Of a stretch of 64,000 nt of DNA, positions 28,651 to 38,228 are shown in pieces. The position numbers and the translations under genes are program-made. Source of the stretch: Candidatus Latescibacterota bacterium (GTDB lineage: Bacteria > Latescibacterota > UBA2968 > SICM01); contig CBDCJO010000002.1 of the NCBI GenBank assembly GCA_965217865.1, positions 5,376,001 to 5,440,000 on the forward strand, in the 5' to 3' direction. How positions within the stretch are numbered: position 1 is the first letter of the stretch; each line of letters starts with the position of its first letter. The notes below the pieces were generated by a model. The model had not been told where the DNA came from. It worked only from the letters and a program-made list of their open reading frames with translations, and made no database searches.

Positions 28651-29953
28651 GCCCCTTGTTGCGATCGTAGGCCGGACCAATGTCGGCAAGTCCACTCTGT
28701 TTAACCGAATGGTTGGTCGCCGCCGCGCGGTGGTCGACGACCAACCCGGTGTCACTCGGGATCGGAACTATGCCGATGTTGATTGGAACCGCCAGTCGTT
28801 TCGGGTGGTGGACACGGGTGGTTTCGAGATCCACGCTTCGGGGCTGATTGCCTCCATCCGGGATCAGGTGGAAATGGCCCTGGATGAGGCGGACCTTGTC
28901 CTGGTCGTCGTGGATACCAAGACCGGCCCCACGGAAGATGATCGGGCGATCGCCCGGAGCGTTCTTGGGAAGGACAAACCCTACCTCCTTGTGGCGAACA
29001 AAGTCGATAACGAGAGGGACGAATCTGATGCAGCTCAGTTTTACAGATTGGGCCTGGGCGATCCGATCCCTGTATCGGCCTTGACGGGCAGGATGTCGGG
29101 AGATCTTATGGACCTGGTCCTGGATCGGTTCCCCAGAGAATTTCCGATGTCCTTCGAATCTTCGAGCATACCGAAGATCGCCGTTATCGGAAGACCCAAC
29201 GTGGGGAAGTCCACGTTCGTGAACGCCATGATCGGGACCGAACGTATGATCGTTGACCCTGTGCCGGGCACCACGCGCGATGCGATCGATACGTTGTGCC
29301 GTCGAGACGGAAAATCTTTTTTGTTGATCGACACTGCGGGTCTCCGAAAGCGATGGAAGGTCAGGGATGCCGTGGAGTTTTATAGCTCGATCCGGACCGT
29401 CAAGAGTCTGGATCGATGCGATGTGGCCATCGTCCTGACCGACGCAACGGAGGGTTGCACGGTCCAGGATGCCCAGGTGGCCGCGCAGGCACTGGAGTCC
29501 GGGAGGGGGATCGTGCTGGCCGTCAATAAGTGGGACCTGGTGGCCAAGGAGACAAATACGGCCAGGGACGCTCAGGGGGAGATCCACGACCGGTTCGCGT
29601 TTCTGGCGAACTATCCGACTGTCTTCATCTCAGCCCTTACGCGAAAGCGTGTGGTTCGGGTCGTCGATCTTGCCCTCGAAGTCTACGACCGGGGTATGGA
29701 CCGCATCTCCACCCCGGATCTGAACACCTTCCTTTCTGAGATGCAGGCCGTCTCCCCGCCCCCTTCTTCAAAGGGGGGCAATCCCAAACTCTTTTACGGC
29801 GTGCAGCGAGGTGTTGCCCCGCCCGAATTTGTATTTTTCTCCGGAAAGCCGAGAGCCATTCCAGATACATATCGGCGGTTCCTGGAAAGGAGGCTTCGGG
29901 AGCGTTTCGGTTTTTTCGGATCTCCGATAAGGATCGCTTTCAAGAGGAAGTAG
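28643..29953 (+). CDS. der: Ribosome biogenesis GTPase Der
   Basis: Two G domains: GRTNVGKS/DTGG and GRPNVGKS/DTAG. Confidence 0.96.
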   Translation: MHKPLVAIVGRTNVGKSTLFNRMVGRRRAVVDDQPGVTRDRNYADVDWNRQSFRVVDTGGFEIHASGLIASIRDQVEMALDEADLVLVVVDTKTGPTEDDRAIARSVLGKDKPYLLVANKVDNERDESDAAQFYRLGLGDPIPVSALTGRMSGDLMDLVLDRFPREFPMSFESSSIPKIAVIGRPNVGKSTFVNAMIGTERMIVDPVPGTTRDAIDTLCRRDGKSFLLIDTAGLRKRWKVRDAVEFYSSIRTVKSLDRCDVAIVLTDATEGCTVQDAQVAAQALESGRGIVLAVNKWDLVAKETNTARDAQGEIHDRFAFLANYPTVFISALTRKRVVRVVDLALEVYDRGMDRISTPDLNTFLSEMQAVSPPPSSKGGNPKLFYGVQRGVAPPEFVFFSGKPRAIPDTYRRFLERRLRERFGFFGSPIRIAFKRK

Positions 29954-29963
29954 CCATCCGACC

Positions 29964-30395
29964 ATGCGTTCTGGCTCAAAAAAAATATACTATTCGATAA
30001 GCGAAGTCTCCGAGATGACCGGGATCAAACCCCATATCCTCAGGTTCTGGGAGAAGGACTTACCGATGCTCCGCCCGCGGAAGAATCGGGGAGGAAACCG
30101 TACCTACCGGGAACGGGAGATCCGGGTCGTCCTGGCGTTCAAACGGCTGCTCTATGACGAAGGCTATACAATCAAGGGGGCCTCTAACAGGCTTCGCCAG
30201 GACCGATCGACGATCGATGAGGTCCAAATCGAATCAGTGATAAGCGGGGGGAAGAATCCAGAGGGTTCCCCCGGAACCGAAATTCAGGACCCTTCGACCG
30301 ACGCCCTCGGGGATGTCCTCAAAAACCTCCGGAGAGAACTGAACGATCTCCTGCGCATCCTCGACTCCCACGGTCAAAAACCAAGGGGCCTGTGA
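29964..30395 (+). CDS. MerR-family transcriptional regulator
   Basis: YYSISEVS...PHILRFWE...PRKNRGGNRTY...LLYDEGYTIKGA. Confidence 0.88.
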   Translation: MRSGSKKIYYSISEVSEMTGIKPHILRFWEKDLPMLRPRKNRGGNRTYREREIRVVLAFKRLLYDEGYTIKGASNRLRQDRSTIDEVQIESVISGGKNPEGSPGTEIQDPSTDALGDVLKNLRRELNDLLRILDSHGQKPRGL

Positions 30396-30440
30396 ATCCT
30401 TGTCCCGTTTCGATCGACCCCTTAAAACCGTGAAAATCAC

Positions 30441-30503
30441 TTGCATCCAGAATCCAGATTTTCTATATTCAAAGGTGTGGAGTGGGCTGCGGCCCACTCT
30501 TTT
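30441..30503 (+). promoter_or_regulatory. rimP operon promoter and leader hairpin
   Basis: TTGCAT-17-TATATT; gagtgggc-tgcg-gcccactc-tttt, the hairpin commonly seen upstream of rimP. Confidence 0.7.
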
Positions 30504-30535
30504 GGTTATGGGCTCATGGGATCATCAATCGCGCC

Positions 30536-30985
30536 ATGGACGACGCTGAGGTAGTCGAGCGGATCGAACGGGTTATTCGCCCCTTGCTCGAATCGGAGGA
30601 GGTTGAACTTGTCGATCTAAATCTCGGCGGAAACCAAAGGAGAAGAACCCTCCGGGTATTCGTGGACCGTCCTGGGAGGATCACCCTGGATGAATGTGCC
30701 AGGCTGAACCGGATGATCGGGAATGTCATGGACCTGGAAGACCCGATCGAAGGATCATACATCCTTGAGGTTTCTTCTCCCGGTTTGGACCGACTCCTCA
30801 AGAAAGAGAAGGACTATCTTCGATCCCTCGGGAGAAAGGTCAAAATTATCCTTTCCACAGGGGCCCTCCACACGGGTTTCTTAAAGGCATGTGACCAGCG
30901 ATCGATCTCCCTCGATGTAGAAGGAGAAATCTTGATTCTGGAGCGGGGTTCGATTGCGAAGGCGAAATTGGAGGTTGAATTTTAA
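30536..30985 (+). CDS. rimP: Ribosome maturation factor RimP
   Basis: LRVFVDRPGRITLDEC, YILEVSSPGLDR. Confidence 0.95.
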   Translation: MDDAEVVERIERVIRPLLESEEVELVDLNLGGNQRRRTLRVFVDRPGRITLDECARLNRMIGNVMDLEDPIEGSYILEVSSPGLDRLLKKEKDYLRSLGRKVKIILSTGALHTGFLKACDQRSISLDVEGEILILERGSIAKAKLEVEF

Positions 30986-31057
30986 GCGGGAAGACAGGCG
31001 TTTCGTACCGGAGCGGTAGACGGTTCAAAATCGGATCAACGTCCGGAGGATGTTTGA

Positions 31058-32860
31058 ATGAATTATGAGGTAATGGAGGCCCTGAATCAGATCGCCCAAG
31101 AGAAGAACGTTGATAAAGGCCTCGTGATCGAGACTTTGAAGGTCGGTCTCCAATCGGCTGCGAAGAAGCGGTACGGGGGCGGGGACAACATCGAAGTGGA
31201 AGTCGATCCAGATGACGGCAAGATCAATATTTTCGCCGTCCTGGAAGTCGTCGAGGATCCGAATGAAGCGGAAGATCCGCTTCAGGCCGTGTCGTTGGCC
31301 CGGGCTCAGGAGATCGATCCCAAAGCCGAGATCGGATCGACTGTCCGGGAGACCCTCAATGTATCCGAATTCGGCCGGAATGCCATCCAGACCGCCAAGC
31401 AGATCCTTGTCCAAAGGGTGAGGGAAGCCGAGAGAGATAGGATATTCGATGATTTCCAGGCGCGGATCGGGGAGATCATCACGGGTACGGTTCAGCAGGT
31501 GAGCCGGGGAGAGGTCTACGTGAACCTGGGGCGGACCGAAGCCGTTCTTCCATTGAAAGAGCAGATTCGTAAAGAGAAATATCGGCAAGGCGACACGATC
31601 CGGGCATATGTCAGCGATGTCTTGAAGACAACCAAAGGCCCCCAGGTGGTCATCTCCCGCACCCACCCGAAATTCCTTGAGAAGCTTTTCCAGTTCGAAG
31701 TTCCTGAGATATACGAAGGTCTCGTGGAGATCAAGTCGGTCGCCCGCGAACCGGGCGAAAGGTCGAAGATCGCCGTTGCTTCCAAAGAAGAGCGGATCGA
31801 TCCCGTCGGGGCGTGTGTGGGGATGAAAGGCTCCCGGGTTCAGGCCATCGTCCGAGAGCTGTCCAACGAGAGAATTGACATCGTCCCGTGGAACGAAGAC
31901 GAGGCCATGTTCTTGTCCCGAGCGCTCAGCCCGGCCAAGGTCGTGCGGGTGGCGGTTGACCGTAAGGAACACCGGATGGCCGCCCTGGTCCAAGAAGATC
32001 AACTTTCCCTTGCCATTGGTAAGTCCGGACAAAACGCCAGGCTTGCGTCTCAGCTCACCGGCTGGCATATCGATATATTGACCGAGGAGGAGTATCAGGA
32101 GCGCGTCCGTGAGAAACAGGCCACCCGGGTTCCGTTGGAGGAGTTGTCTGATTTGGAAGAATCGGACGTTGAAAAACTCAAGGCTGTGGGCGTGGAGACG
32201 GCCAACGAGCTGTTCACCCTGGCGCTTGACGACCTTACCGAGACTTTGGATATAGACGAAGAGACCGCCGAAACGATCATCGATTCGGCAGGCGATGCCG
32301 TTTCGACTGTAGTGGAGGCCTACCGGGCAGAGGTGGAAGCCGAGCGAGCTGCCCGGGAGGCTGAGGAAGCCGCGGCCGAAGCCGAACGCCTGGAAAAAGA
32401 GGCCAATGAGGCGGCCGAGGCTCCGGACGTTGAGGAAGAGGAAGGCGAGGCGGATGAGGGTGAGGTCCAGGCTTCTGATGATATCGAGGCGGTCGCTGCA
32501 GCCGGGGACGCCGATGAGGCGGCCGAGGCTCCAGACGTTGAGGAAGAGGAAGGCGAGGCGGATGAGGGTGAGGTCCAGGCTTCTGATGATATCGAGGCGG
32601 TCGCTGCAAACGGGGACGCCGATGAGGCGGCCGAGGCTCCGGACGTTGAGGAAGAGGAAGGCGAGGCGGATGAGGGTGAGGTCCAGGCTTCTGATGATAT
32701 CGAGGCGGTCGCTGCAGCCGGAGACGCCGATGAGGCGGCCGAGACTCCGGAAGTTGAGGTGATCGAGGAGGAAGATGACGAACTGGACCAGGCCACCGAG
32801 AGCCACGAAGAAAATGGCGATTCTCTTCCAGAGCCGTCCGATTCGCCTAATAAAAATTGA
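31058..32860 (+). CDS. nusA: Transcription factor NusA with acidic repeat extension
   Basis: FGRNAIQTAKQ, AREPGERSKIAV, DPVGACVGMKGSRV, SLAIGKSGQNARLA. Confidence 0.97.
   Translation: MNYEVMEALNQIAQEKNVDKGLVIETLKVGLQSAAKKRYGGGDNIEVEVDPDDGKINIFAVLEVVEDPNEAEDPLQAVSLARAQEIDPKAEIGSTVRETLNVSEFGRNAIQTAKQILVQRVREAERDRIFDDFQARIGEIITGTVQQVSRGEVYVNLGRTEAVLPLKEQIRKEKYRQGDTIRAYVSDVLKTTKGPQVVISRTHPKFLEKLFQFEVPEIYEGLVEIKSVAREPGERSKIAVASKEERIDPVGACVGMKGSRVQAIVRELSNERIDIVPWNEDEAMFLSRALSPAKVVRVAVDRKEHRMAALVQEDQLSLAIGKSGQNARLASQLTGWHIDILTEEEYQERVREKQATRVPLEELSDLEESDVEKLKAVGVETANELFTLALDDLTETLDIDEETAETIIDSAGDAVSTVVEAYRAEVEAERAAREAEEAAAEAERLEKEANEAAEAPDVEEEEGEADEGEVQASDDIEAVAAAGDADEAAEAPDVEEEEGEADEGEVQASDDIEAVAANGDADEAAEAPDVEEEEGEADEGEVQASDDIEAVAAAGDADEAAETPEVEVIEEEDDELDQATESHEENGDSLPEPSDSPNKN
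32406..32760 (+). repeat. Coding tandem repeat, 108-bp unit, three full copies plus a partial copy
   Basis: Units begin 32406, 32514, 32622, 32730; encode EAAEAPDVEEEEGEADEGEVQASDDIEAVAAAGDAD. Confidence 0.95.
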
Positions 32861-32884
32861 TTGATTTGAGGAGGTGATCCGCGC

Positions 32885-35263
32885 TTGGCTGATAAAAATC
32901 CACAAAAGCTCAGGGTGTATGAGGTAGCCCGTGAAGTCAACCTCTCCAGTGAGGCTATGGTGGCCATGTTGCGGGGGCTGGGTCACGAGATTAAAAGCCA
33001 TATGAGCATGGTTACCCCTGAAATGCGGGAGAAAGTCAATCAGAAATTTACAGAGGAGCGCGGCACCGCTCTTCAGGAGATGCGGCGCAAGAAAGAACAG
33101 CTTGAGGAGCGAAGACGAAAAGAGAAAGCCCAGGCCCAGGCAGATGCCGAAGCCCGGGCGAAGGTTCAAGCCTCGAAAAAACCGGACGCTCCAGCCGATG
33201 AGGAGGCAAAGAAGCGGAGGCGCAGGCGTCGGAGACGGCGAGGGGGCGCCGAAGGTGAACAATCGGAGCGGGATACGAAAGTCCGTGTTTCCCCCGATGT
33301 CACCAAGCGTTTCCACTCCCCTGGGCCTGTAAGGGGACCTGTCCAGCGTCGAAGAATAAAGAAAACACGTCCACGGGTTTCAGACCGTAAGGCGGTTGAA
33401 GAAAGCGTCCGCAAGACGATGGCACAGCTGGAGACAGGGGGGAGCCGCCAAAGGCGCCGGCGGTCCCGGGATGACCGGCAGGGGGGACCTGAGGAAGCGG
33501 TCGAGAAGCAGATCATCCGCACCTCCGAATTCGTGACGGTTGCGGAGTTGGCGGGATTGATGGATGTCAAACCCACCGAAGTGATCATGAAACTTTTCTC
33601 CCTGGGCGCCGCGGTAACGATCAACCAGCGTCTGGACATGGATACGATCGTTACCGTTGCCGACGAATTCGATTTCGAAGTCGAACCAGTTGAAAACGTA
33701 TTAGATGAAGTCCTCAGGGAGGAGGTGGAAGACCGGCCGGAAGACCTCGTTCCGAGGCCTCCGATTGTGACCATCATGGGCCACGTGGACCACGGGAAGA
33801 CCTCCCTTCTCGACTATATTCGGGAGAGCAACATCATTGCCGGCGAGTCCGGCGGGATCACGCAGCACATCGGGGCCTATGAGGTGATGTTGAAGGACGG
33901 ACGGCAGGTGACGTTTCTGGATACACCCGGCCATGAGGCATTCACGGCGATGCGGGCAAGGGGTGCCAAAGTGACGGATGTCGTCGTCCTTGTTGTGGCG
34001 GCCGACGACAATGTGATGCCACAGACCATCGAGGCCATCGACCACGCAAAGGCGGCGGAGGTCCCGATTGTCGTGGCCATCAACAAAATCGATCTCCCGG
34101 CTTCGGACCCGGAGAAGATCAAGCGCCAGCTTTCGGAAAACAATGTCCTGGTTGAGGACTGGGGGGGCCAGGTGGTCTGCTGCGAGATCTCCGCAAAGAT
34201 GGGGACGAATGTGGATAAATTCCTCGAGCTCCTGGCGCTTCAAACGGAAGTGCTTGAACTGAAAGCCAATCCGGCGAAACTTGCCCGGGGGATCGTCGTC
34301 GAAGCGGAGTTGGATCGCGGACGCGGTCCGGTGGTGACCGTCCTTGTTGACGACGGAACCTTACGCGTGAGCAATGCATTTGTCACAGGAAACTGGAGCG
34401 GACGGATCAGGGCGATGCTTGACGAGCGCGGGAAACCGGTCTCCGAGGCGGGCCCTTCCCGACCGGTCCGGGTCCTGGGACTGGGGGGGGGACTTCCCCA
34501 GGCGGGCGATTCCCTGTATGTCCTGCCGACCGAACAGGAGGCCCGGGACATCGCTCAAAAAAGACAACAGATCAGGCGCGAGCAGGATGCCTATCGAGTT
34601 AAGAAGCTAACCTTAACCAATATCCACGAACGGATCCAGGAAGGGATGATGCGGGAGTTGCGACTGATCGTGAAGGGAGATGTGGACGGATCCGTCGAGG
34701 CCATCGGCGAATCCCTGACGCTGTTGAGCAACGAAGAAGTAAGACTTTCGGTGATCCATCGAGGTGTTGGGGGGATCACGGAGTCGGACATCCTCCTGGC
34801 CGCGGCTTCAGAAGCGATCATCATCGGTTTTAACGTTCGGCCGGATCAACGCGCTCGCGAGGTGAACGCTTTCGGCAAGGTGGACATCAGATTGTACCGG
34901 GTGATTTATGAGGCCATCGAGGATGTCAAATCCGCGCTTTCAGGCTTACTCGCTCCGCTTGTTGAAGAAAAGACTGTGGGCACTGTGGAGGTCCGGGAGA
35001 TTTTTCAAGTGCCCAGGGCCGGGACCATTGCCGGAAGTTATGTCACATCAGGAGAGATCGGCCGGAATGCCCGTGTCCGCGTGCTAAGGGACAGCGTCAT
35101 CGTATACGAAGGAGAGGTCGCGTCCTTGAGACGTTTTAAAGACGACGTTCGCACAGTGGCAACTGGTTTTGAGTGCGGTATCGGCATCGAGAATTACAAC
35201 GACCTGAAGGTGGGGGACGCCTTCGAGGTTATCGAGACGGTTGAGACGGCCAGGGAGATATAA
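32885..35263 (+). CDS. infB: Translation initiation factor IF-2
   Basis: [36 protein letters not shown]. Confidence 0.98.
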   Translation: MADKNPQKLRVYEVAREVNLSSEAMVAMLRGLGHEIKSHMSMVTPEMREKVNQKFTEERGTALQEMRRKKEQLEERRRKEKAQAQADAEARAKVQASKKPDAPADEEAKKRRRRRRRRRGGAEGEQSERDTKVRVSPDVTKRFHSPGPVRGPVQRRRIKKTRPRVSDRKAVEESVRKTMAQLETGGSRQRRRRSRDDRQGGPEEAVEKQIIRTSEFVTVAELAGLMDVKPTEVIMKLFSLGAAVTINQRLDMDTIVTVADEFDFEVEPVENVLDEVLREEVEDRPEDLVPRPPIVTIMGHVDHGKTSLLDYIRESNIIAGESGGITQHIGAYEVMLKDGRQVTFLDTPGHEAFTAMRARGAKVTDVVVLVVAADDNVMPQTIEAIDHAKAAEVPIVVAINKIDLPASDPEKIKRQLSENNVLVEDWGGQVVCCEISAKMGTNVDKFLELLALQTEVLELKANPAKLARGIVVEAELDRGRGPVVTVLVDDGTLRVSNAFVTGNWSGRIRAMLDERGKPVSEAGPSRPVRVLGLGGGLPQAGDSLYVLPTEQEARDIAQKRQQIRREQDAYRVKKLTLTNIHERIQEGMMRELRLIVKGDVDGSVEAIGESLTLLSNEEVRLSVIHRGVGGITESDILLAAASEAIIIGFNVRPDQRAREVNAFGKVDIRLYRVIYEAIEDVKSALSGLLAPLVEEKTVGTVEVREIFQVPRAGTIAGSYVTSGEIGRNARVRVLRDSVIVYEGEVASLRRFKDDVRTVATGFECGIGIENYNDLKVGDAFEVIETVETAREI

Positions 35264-35282
35264 AATTTTCAGAATATAGAAT

Positions 35283-35564
35283 ATGCTTGTCGGTTGCTGT
35301 CGGATTGAGATATATCTTCCGGAAAGCGGTTCACTCAAGACCAAGCGTCACCTTATCAAGAGTCTCATCGCCAGGATACGGAGTAAGTTCAACGTATCCG
35401 TGGCCGAAGTGGACGGGAATGACCTCTGGCAGCGAGGGGTGATCGGTGTGGCGGTGATGACAAACCAGGCCCCTTATGCGGATCGGATTATCTCCAAGGT
35501 GATCGATTGTGTTCGACAGGACGGGCGGGTGGAGCTGCTCGACTATCAGACGGAGATCCGGTGA
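35283..35564 (+). CDS. DUF503 family protein
   Basis: SLKTKR...FNVSVAEVDGNDLWQR; conserved position after infB. Confidence 0.88.
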   Translation: MLVGCCRIEIYLPESGSLKTKRHLIKSLIARIRSKFNVSVAEVDGNDLWQRGVIGVAVMTNQAPYADRIISKVIDCVRQDGRVELLDYQTEIR

Positions 35565-35582
35565 AGGACGGAGGGCGGAAGG

Positions 35583-35942
35583 ATGAAGCGTTGGCGTCCG
35601 GAAAGCGTGGGAGAGTTGATTCAAAAAGAGATCAGCGATGTGATCCGGGACATGAAGGATCCCCGAATCGGTTTCGTGACCGTAACCGGCGTGCGGATGT
35701 CCGTGGACCTGCGTTACGCCAAGGTCTACGTGAGCGTGATGGACTCGGATGAGGTGAGAAAGGCGACTCTGGAAGCCCTGACGCACGCGACGGCATACAT
35801 ACGCAGAGAGATCGGCAGTCGAATCCAGATCCGGCATACACCTGAACTGGTTTTTTGCTATGACGATTCCATCGAATACGGCGCAAAAATCGATAAGATC
35901 CTGAAAGATCTGAATCATCATGGACCGGAAATCAAAAACTGA
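35583..35942 (+). CDS. rbfA: Ribosome-binding factor A
   Basis: KDPRIGFVTVT, DLRYAKVYVS, RHTPELVF. Confidence 0.95.
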   Translation: MKRWRPESVGELIQKEISDVIRDMKDPRIGFVTVTGVRMSVDLRYAKVYVSVMDSDEVRKATLEALTHATAYIRREIGSRIQIRHTPELVFCYDDSIEYGAKIDKILKDLNHHGPEIKN

Positions 35943-35985
35943 AATTTTAACGACTGCTCCTAAAGATCAGGGACCTTCCCCTTGA

Positions 35986-36900
35986 ATGATGGCTGAAACC
36001 CTTGAAGGCATCCTGCCTGTCGATAAATCGGAAGGGTGGACGTCCCACGACGTCGTCGCAAAGATACGTCGTCTCATCGGGGTTCGGAAGGTCGGGCACG
36101 CGGGTACGCTGGACCCGATGGCAACCGGGGTTCTTTTGCTCTGCCTGGGCAGGGCAACCCGGCTGGTGTCGTACCTGGTCGAGAAGGAAAAGGAGTACAG
36201 GGTCAGCGTGCGGCTCGGGATCGCGACGGATACGTTCGATGCCGAAGGGGTGGTCGTTGAGAGATCGGAAGCCGTGCCGTCCGATCTCAACACGATCCGG
36301 GAATCGCTTGAAAGATTCGAAGGGGAGATCGATCAGGTCCCACCCATGTTCTCGGCCCTCAAGGTTGGGGGGAAAAAACTTTACAGCCTTGCCCGGCGCG
36401 GTAAGGTCATAGAAAGAGAACCCCGGAAAGTCCACATCCATAAGATTGAGCTTGAGGGCCTGAATGGCCGGAATCTGAACCTGCGAGTCGTCTGTTCGAG
36501 GGGAACCTATGTCCGCACCCTTGCCGATGATCTGGGAAGGTCTCTGGGGTGTGGGGGCCACGTGTCTTCATTGCGGCGGATCCGCGTCGGGGATGTCCGG
36601 GTCGAAGATTGTGAGACGATCGATGCCGTCGTGATGTCATACCGGGATGGACGCCTGGCCGAAAGTCTTCTCCCGACGGACTACCCTATCTTAGAATTGC
36701 CCGCCGTACAGCTGGATCGATCCATACTCACACGGTTTTGTTCTGGCCAAAGAGTTCGGACCGAAAATCGCTTCTCGGGTCCCGAGGGTTCCAAAGTGCG
36801 GGTGGTCGGATGTGACGGATTGTTTTACGGGATCGGTACTTTTGCCGGGGACGATACCCTTCGAGCGTCATCCGTGTTTAGAGAGGTGGAACACTCTTAA
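35986..36900 (+). CDS. truB: tRNA pseudouridine(55) synthase
   Basis: KVGHAGTLDPMATGVL, QVPPMFSALK, CSRGTYVRTL. Confidence 0.97.
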   Translation: MMAETLEGILPVDKSEGWTSHDVVAKIRRLIGVRKVGHAGTLDPMATGVLLLCLGRATRLVSYLVEKEKEYRVSVRLGIATDTFDAEGVVVERSEAVPSDLNTIRESLERFEGEIDQVPPMFSALKVGGKKLYSLARRGKVIEREPRKVHIHKIELEGLNGRNLNLRVVCSRGTYVRTLADDLGRSLGCGGHVSSLRRIRVGDVRVEDCETIDAVVMSYRDGRLAESLLPTDYPILELPAVQLDRSILTRFCSGQRVRTENRFSGPEGSKVRVVGCDGLFYGIGTFAGDDTLRASSVFREVEHS

Positions 36901-36902
36901 CG

Positions 36903-37874
36903 ATGAGACGCCTAACTCAACTTGATGCCCCGCTGGACCTGCCTTCCCCAGTCGTCGTCACAGCCGGGACGTTCGACGGAATGCACCATGGTCACCGGGC
37001 GATTCTCGAAACCGTTTGCTTTGAGGCGGAACAACGGAGCGGGAGTTCTGTCGCCATAACCTTCGATAAGCATCCACGATCCGTTCTCACACCCGAATCG
37101 GCGCCTCCGCTTTTAATGAGCCGGGAGGAAAAGCTCCGGCAGATCGAGTCCACCGGGGTCGATCTGCTAATCGAGATTCCGTTTACCCTGGCGTTCTCCA
37201 GAACCAGTCCGGAGGATTTCATTGAAAAGTTCCACGTCCGCTTCCTTTCCGCAGCTTTCATCGTGTTGGGTGTGGATCACGGCTTCGGCAGGGACCGCAA
37301 AGGGAACGCGGTGACGATGAAGGAACTCGGGGCCCGATTCGGGTTTGGGGTTATCGAGGTGGGACCCAGGTTTTTCGAAGGGGTTCCGATCAGCAGCACC
37401 CGCGTGAGATCAAAGATCGTGGGGGGAGAGGTGGAGGAGGTTGTCGGTCTTTTGGGAAGGTCATACGGAATGCTCGGGGAGGTCGTTCCCGGAGACAGCC
37501 GGGGAAGGGAGATCGGGTTTCCGACTGCAAACCTCAAACCGGACGAACCCGATAAATTGCTCCCGGGTAACGGGGTCTATGTCGTTCGGGCAAAGATCGA
37601 CACGTCCTGGATCGGAGGGGTCGCCAACATCGGAACCAGACCGACTTTCGACGGGGAAAGAAGGGGAGTTGAGGTGCATCTGCTCGACTTCTCCGGTGAT
37701 CTTTATGGCCGTCAGGTGGAATTGGAATTCCTGTCCAGGTTGCGGAATGAAAGGAAATTCTCCAGCGTGTCGAACTTGATTTCTCAAATCCAGGAAGATG
37801 TAAAGTCAGCCCGGAGTCGACTTCGTAAAACGGAAAACCAGGGAACGGAGCCCCTCGTTTCGAAAATCGCATAA
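36903..37874 (+). CDS. ribF: Riboflavin kinase / FAD synthetase
   Basis: [42 protein letters not shown]. Confidence 0.96.
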   Translation: MRRLTQLDAPLDLPSPVVVTAGTFDGMHHGHRAILETVCFEAEQRSGSSVAITFDKHPRSVLTPESAPPLLMSREEKLRQIESTGVDLLIEIPFTLAFSRTSPEDFIEKFHVRFLSAAFIVLGVDHGFGRDRKGNAVTMKELGARFGFGVIEVGPRFFEGVPISSTRVRSKIVGGEVEEVVGLLGRSYGMLGEVVPGDSRGREIGFPTANLKPDEPDKLLPGNGVYVVRAKIDTSWIGGVANIGTRPTFDGERRGVEVHLLDFSGDLYGRQVELEFLSRLRNERKFSSVSNLISQIQEDVKSARSRLRKTENQGTEPLVSKIA

Positions 37875-37923
37875 AGGGAGATACCCCGATCGTTCCATTC
37901 AAATATTTCAAGGGAGGTCGATT

Positions 37924-38193
37924 TTGCCGCTGACCCAAGAAGTAAAGGCTGATCTTATCAAGACACACAGGGTGCACGAGACGGATACAGGTTCCTCTGA
38001 TGCGCAAATTGCGATATTGACCCAAAGGATTAAGGATCTTACGGATCATTTTGGTCGGCATAAGAAGGATCACAATTCAAAGAGGGGCCTTTTGAAACTG
38101 GTAGGTCGGCGCAGACGGCTTATGCGATACCTGGCACGTACGAATGTCGAAAGATACCGCTCTCTCATCGAGAAACTGGGAATCAGAGGTTAA
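37924..38193 (+). CDS. rpsO: 30S ribosomal protein S15
   Basis: [34 protein letters not shown]. Confidence 0.98.
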   Translation: MPLTQEVKADLIKTHRVHETDTGSSDAQIAILTQRIKDLTDHFGRHKKDHNSKRGLLKLVGRRRRLMRYLARTNVERYRSLIEKLGIRG

Positions 38194-38228
38194 TTTGTCC
38201 ACACCAAAGGGCTGTTGGAGGTTTGCGA

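Noticed and set aside
32406-32760. CRISPR array
   Set aside because: Contiguous 108-bp in-frame coding repeats with no unique spacers and no cas genes.
31025-33316. 763-aa minus-strand ORF (also 38475-39869 and 28505-29587)
   Set aside because: Antisense shadows of nusA/infB, pnp and der with no recognisable motifs.
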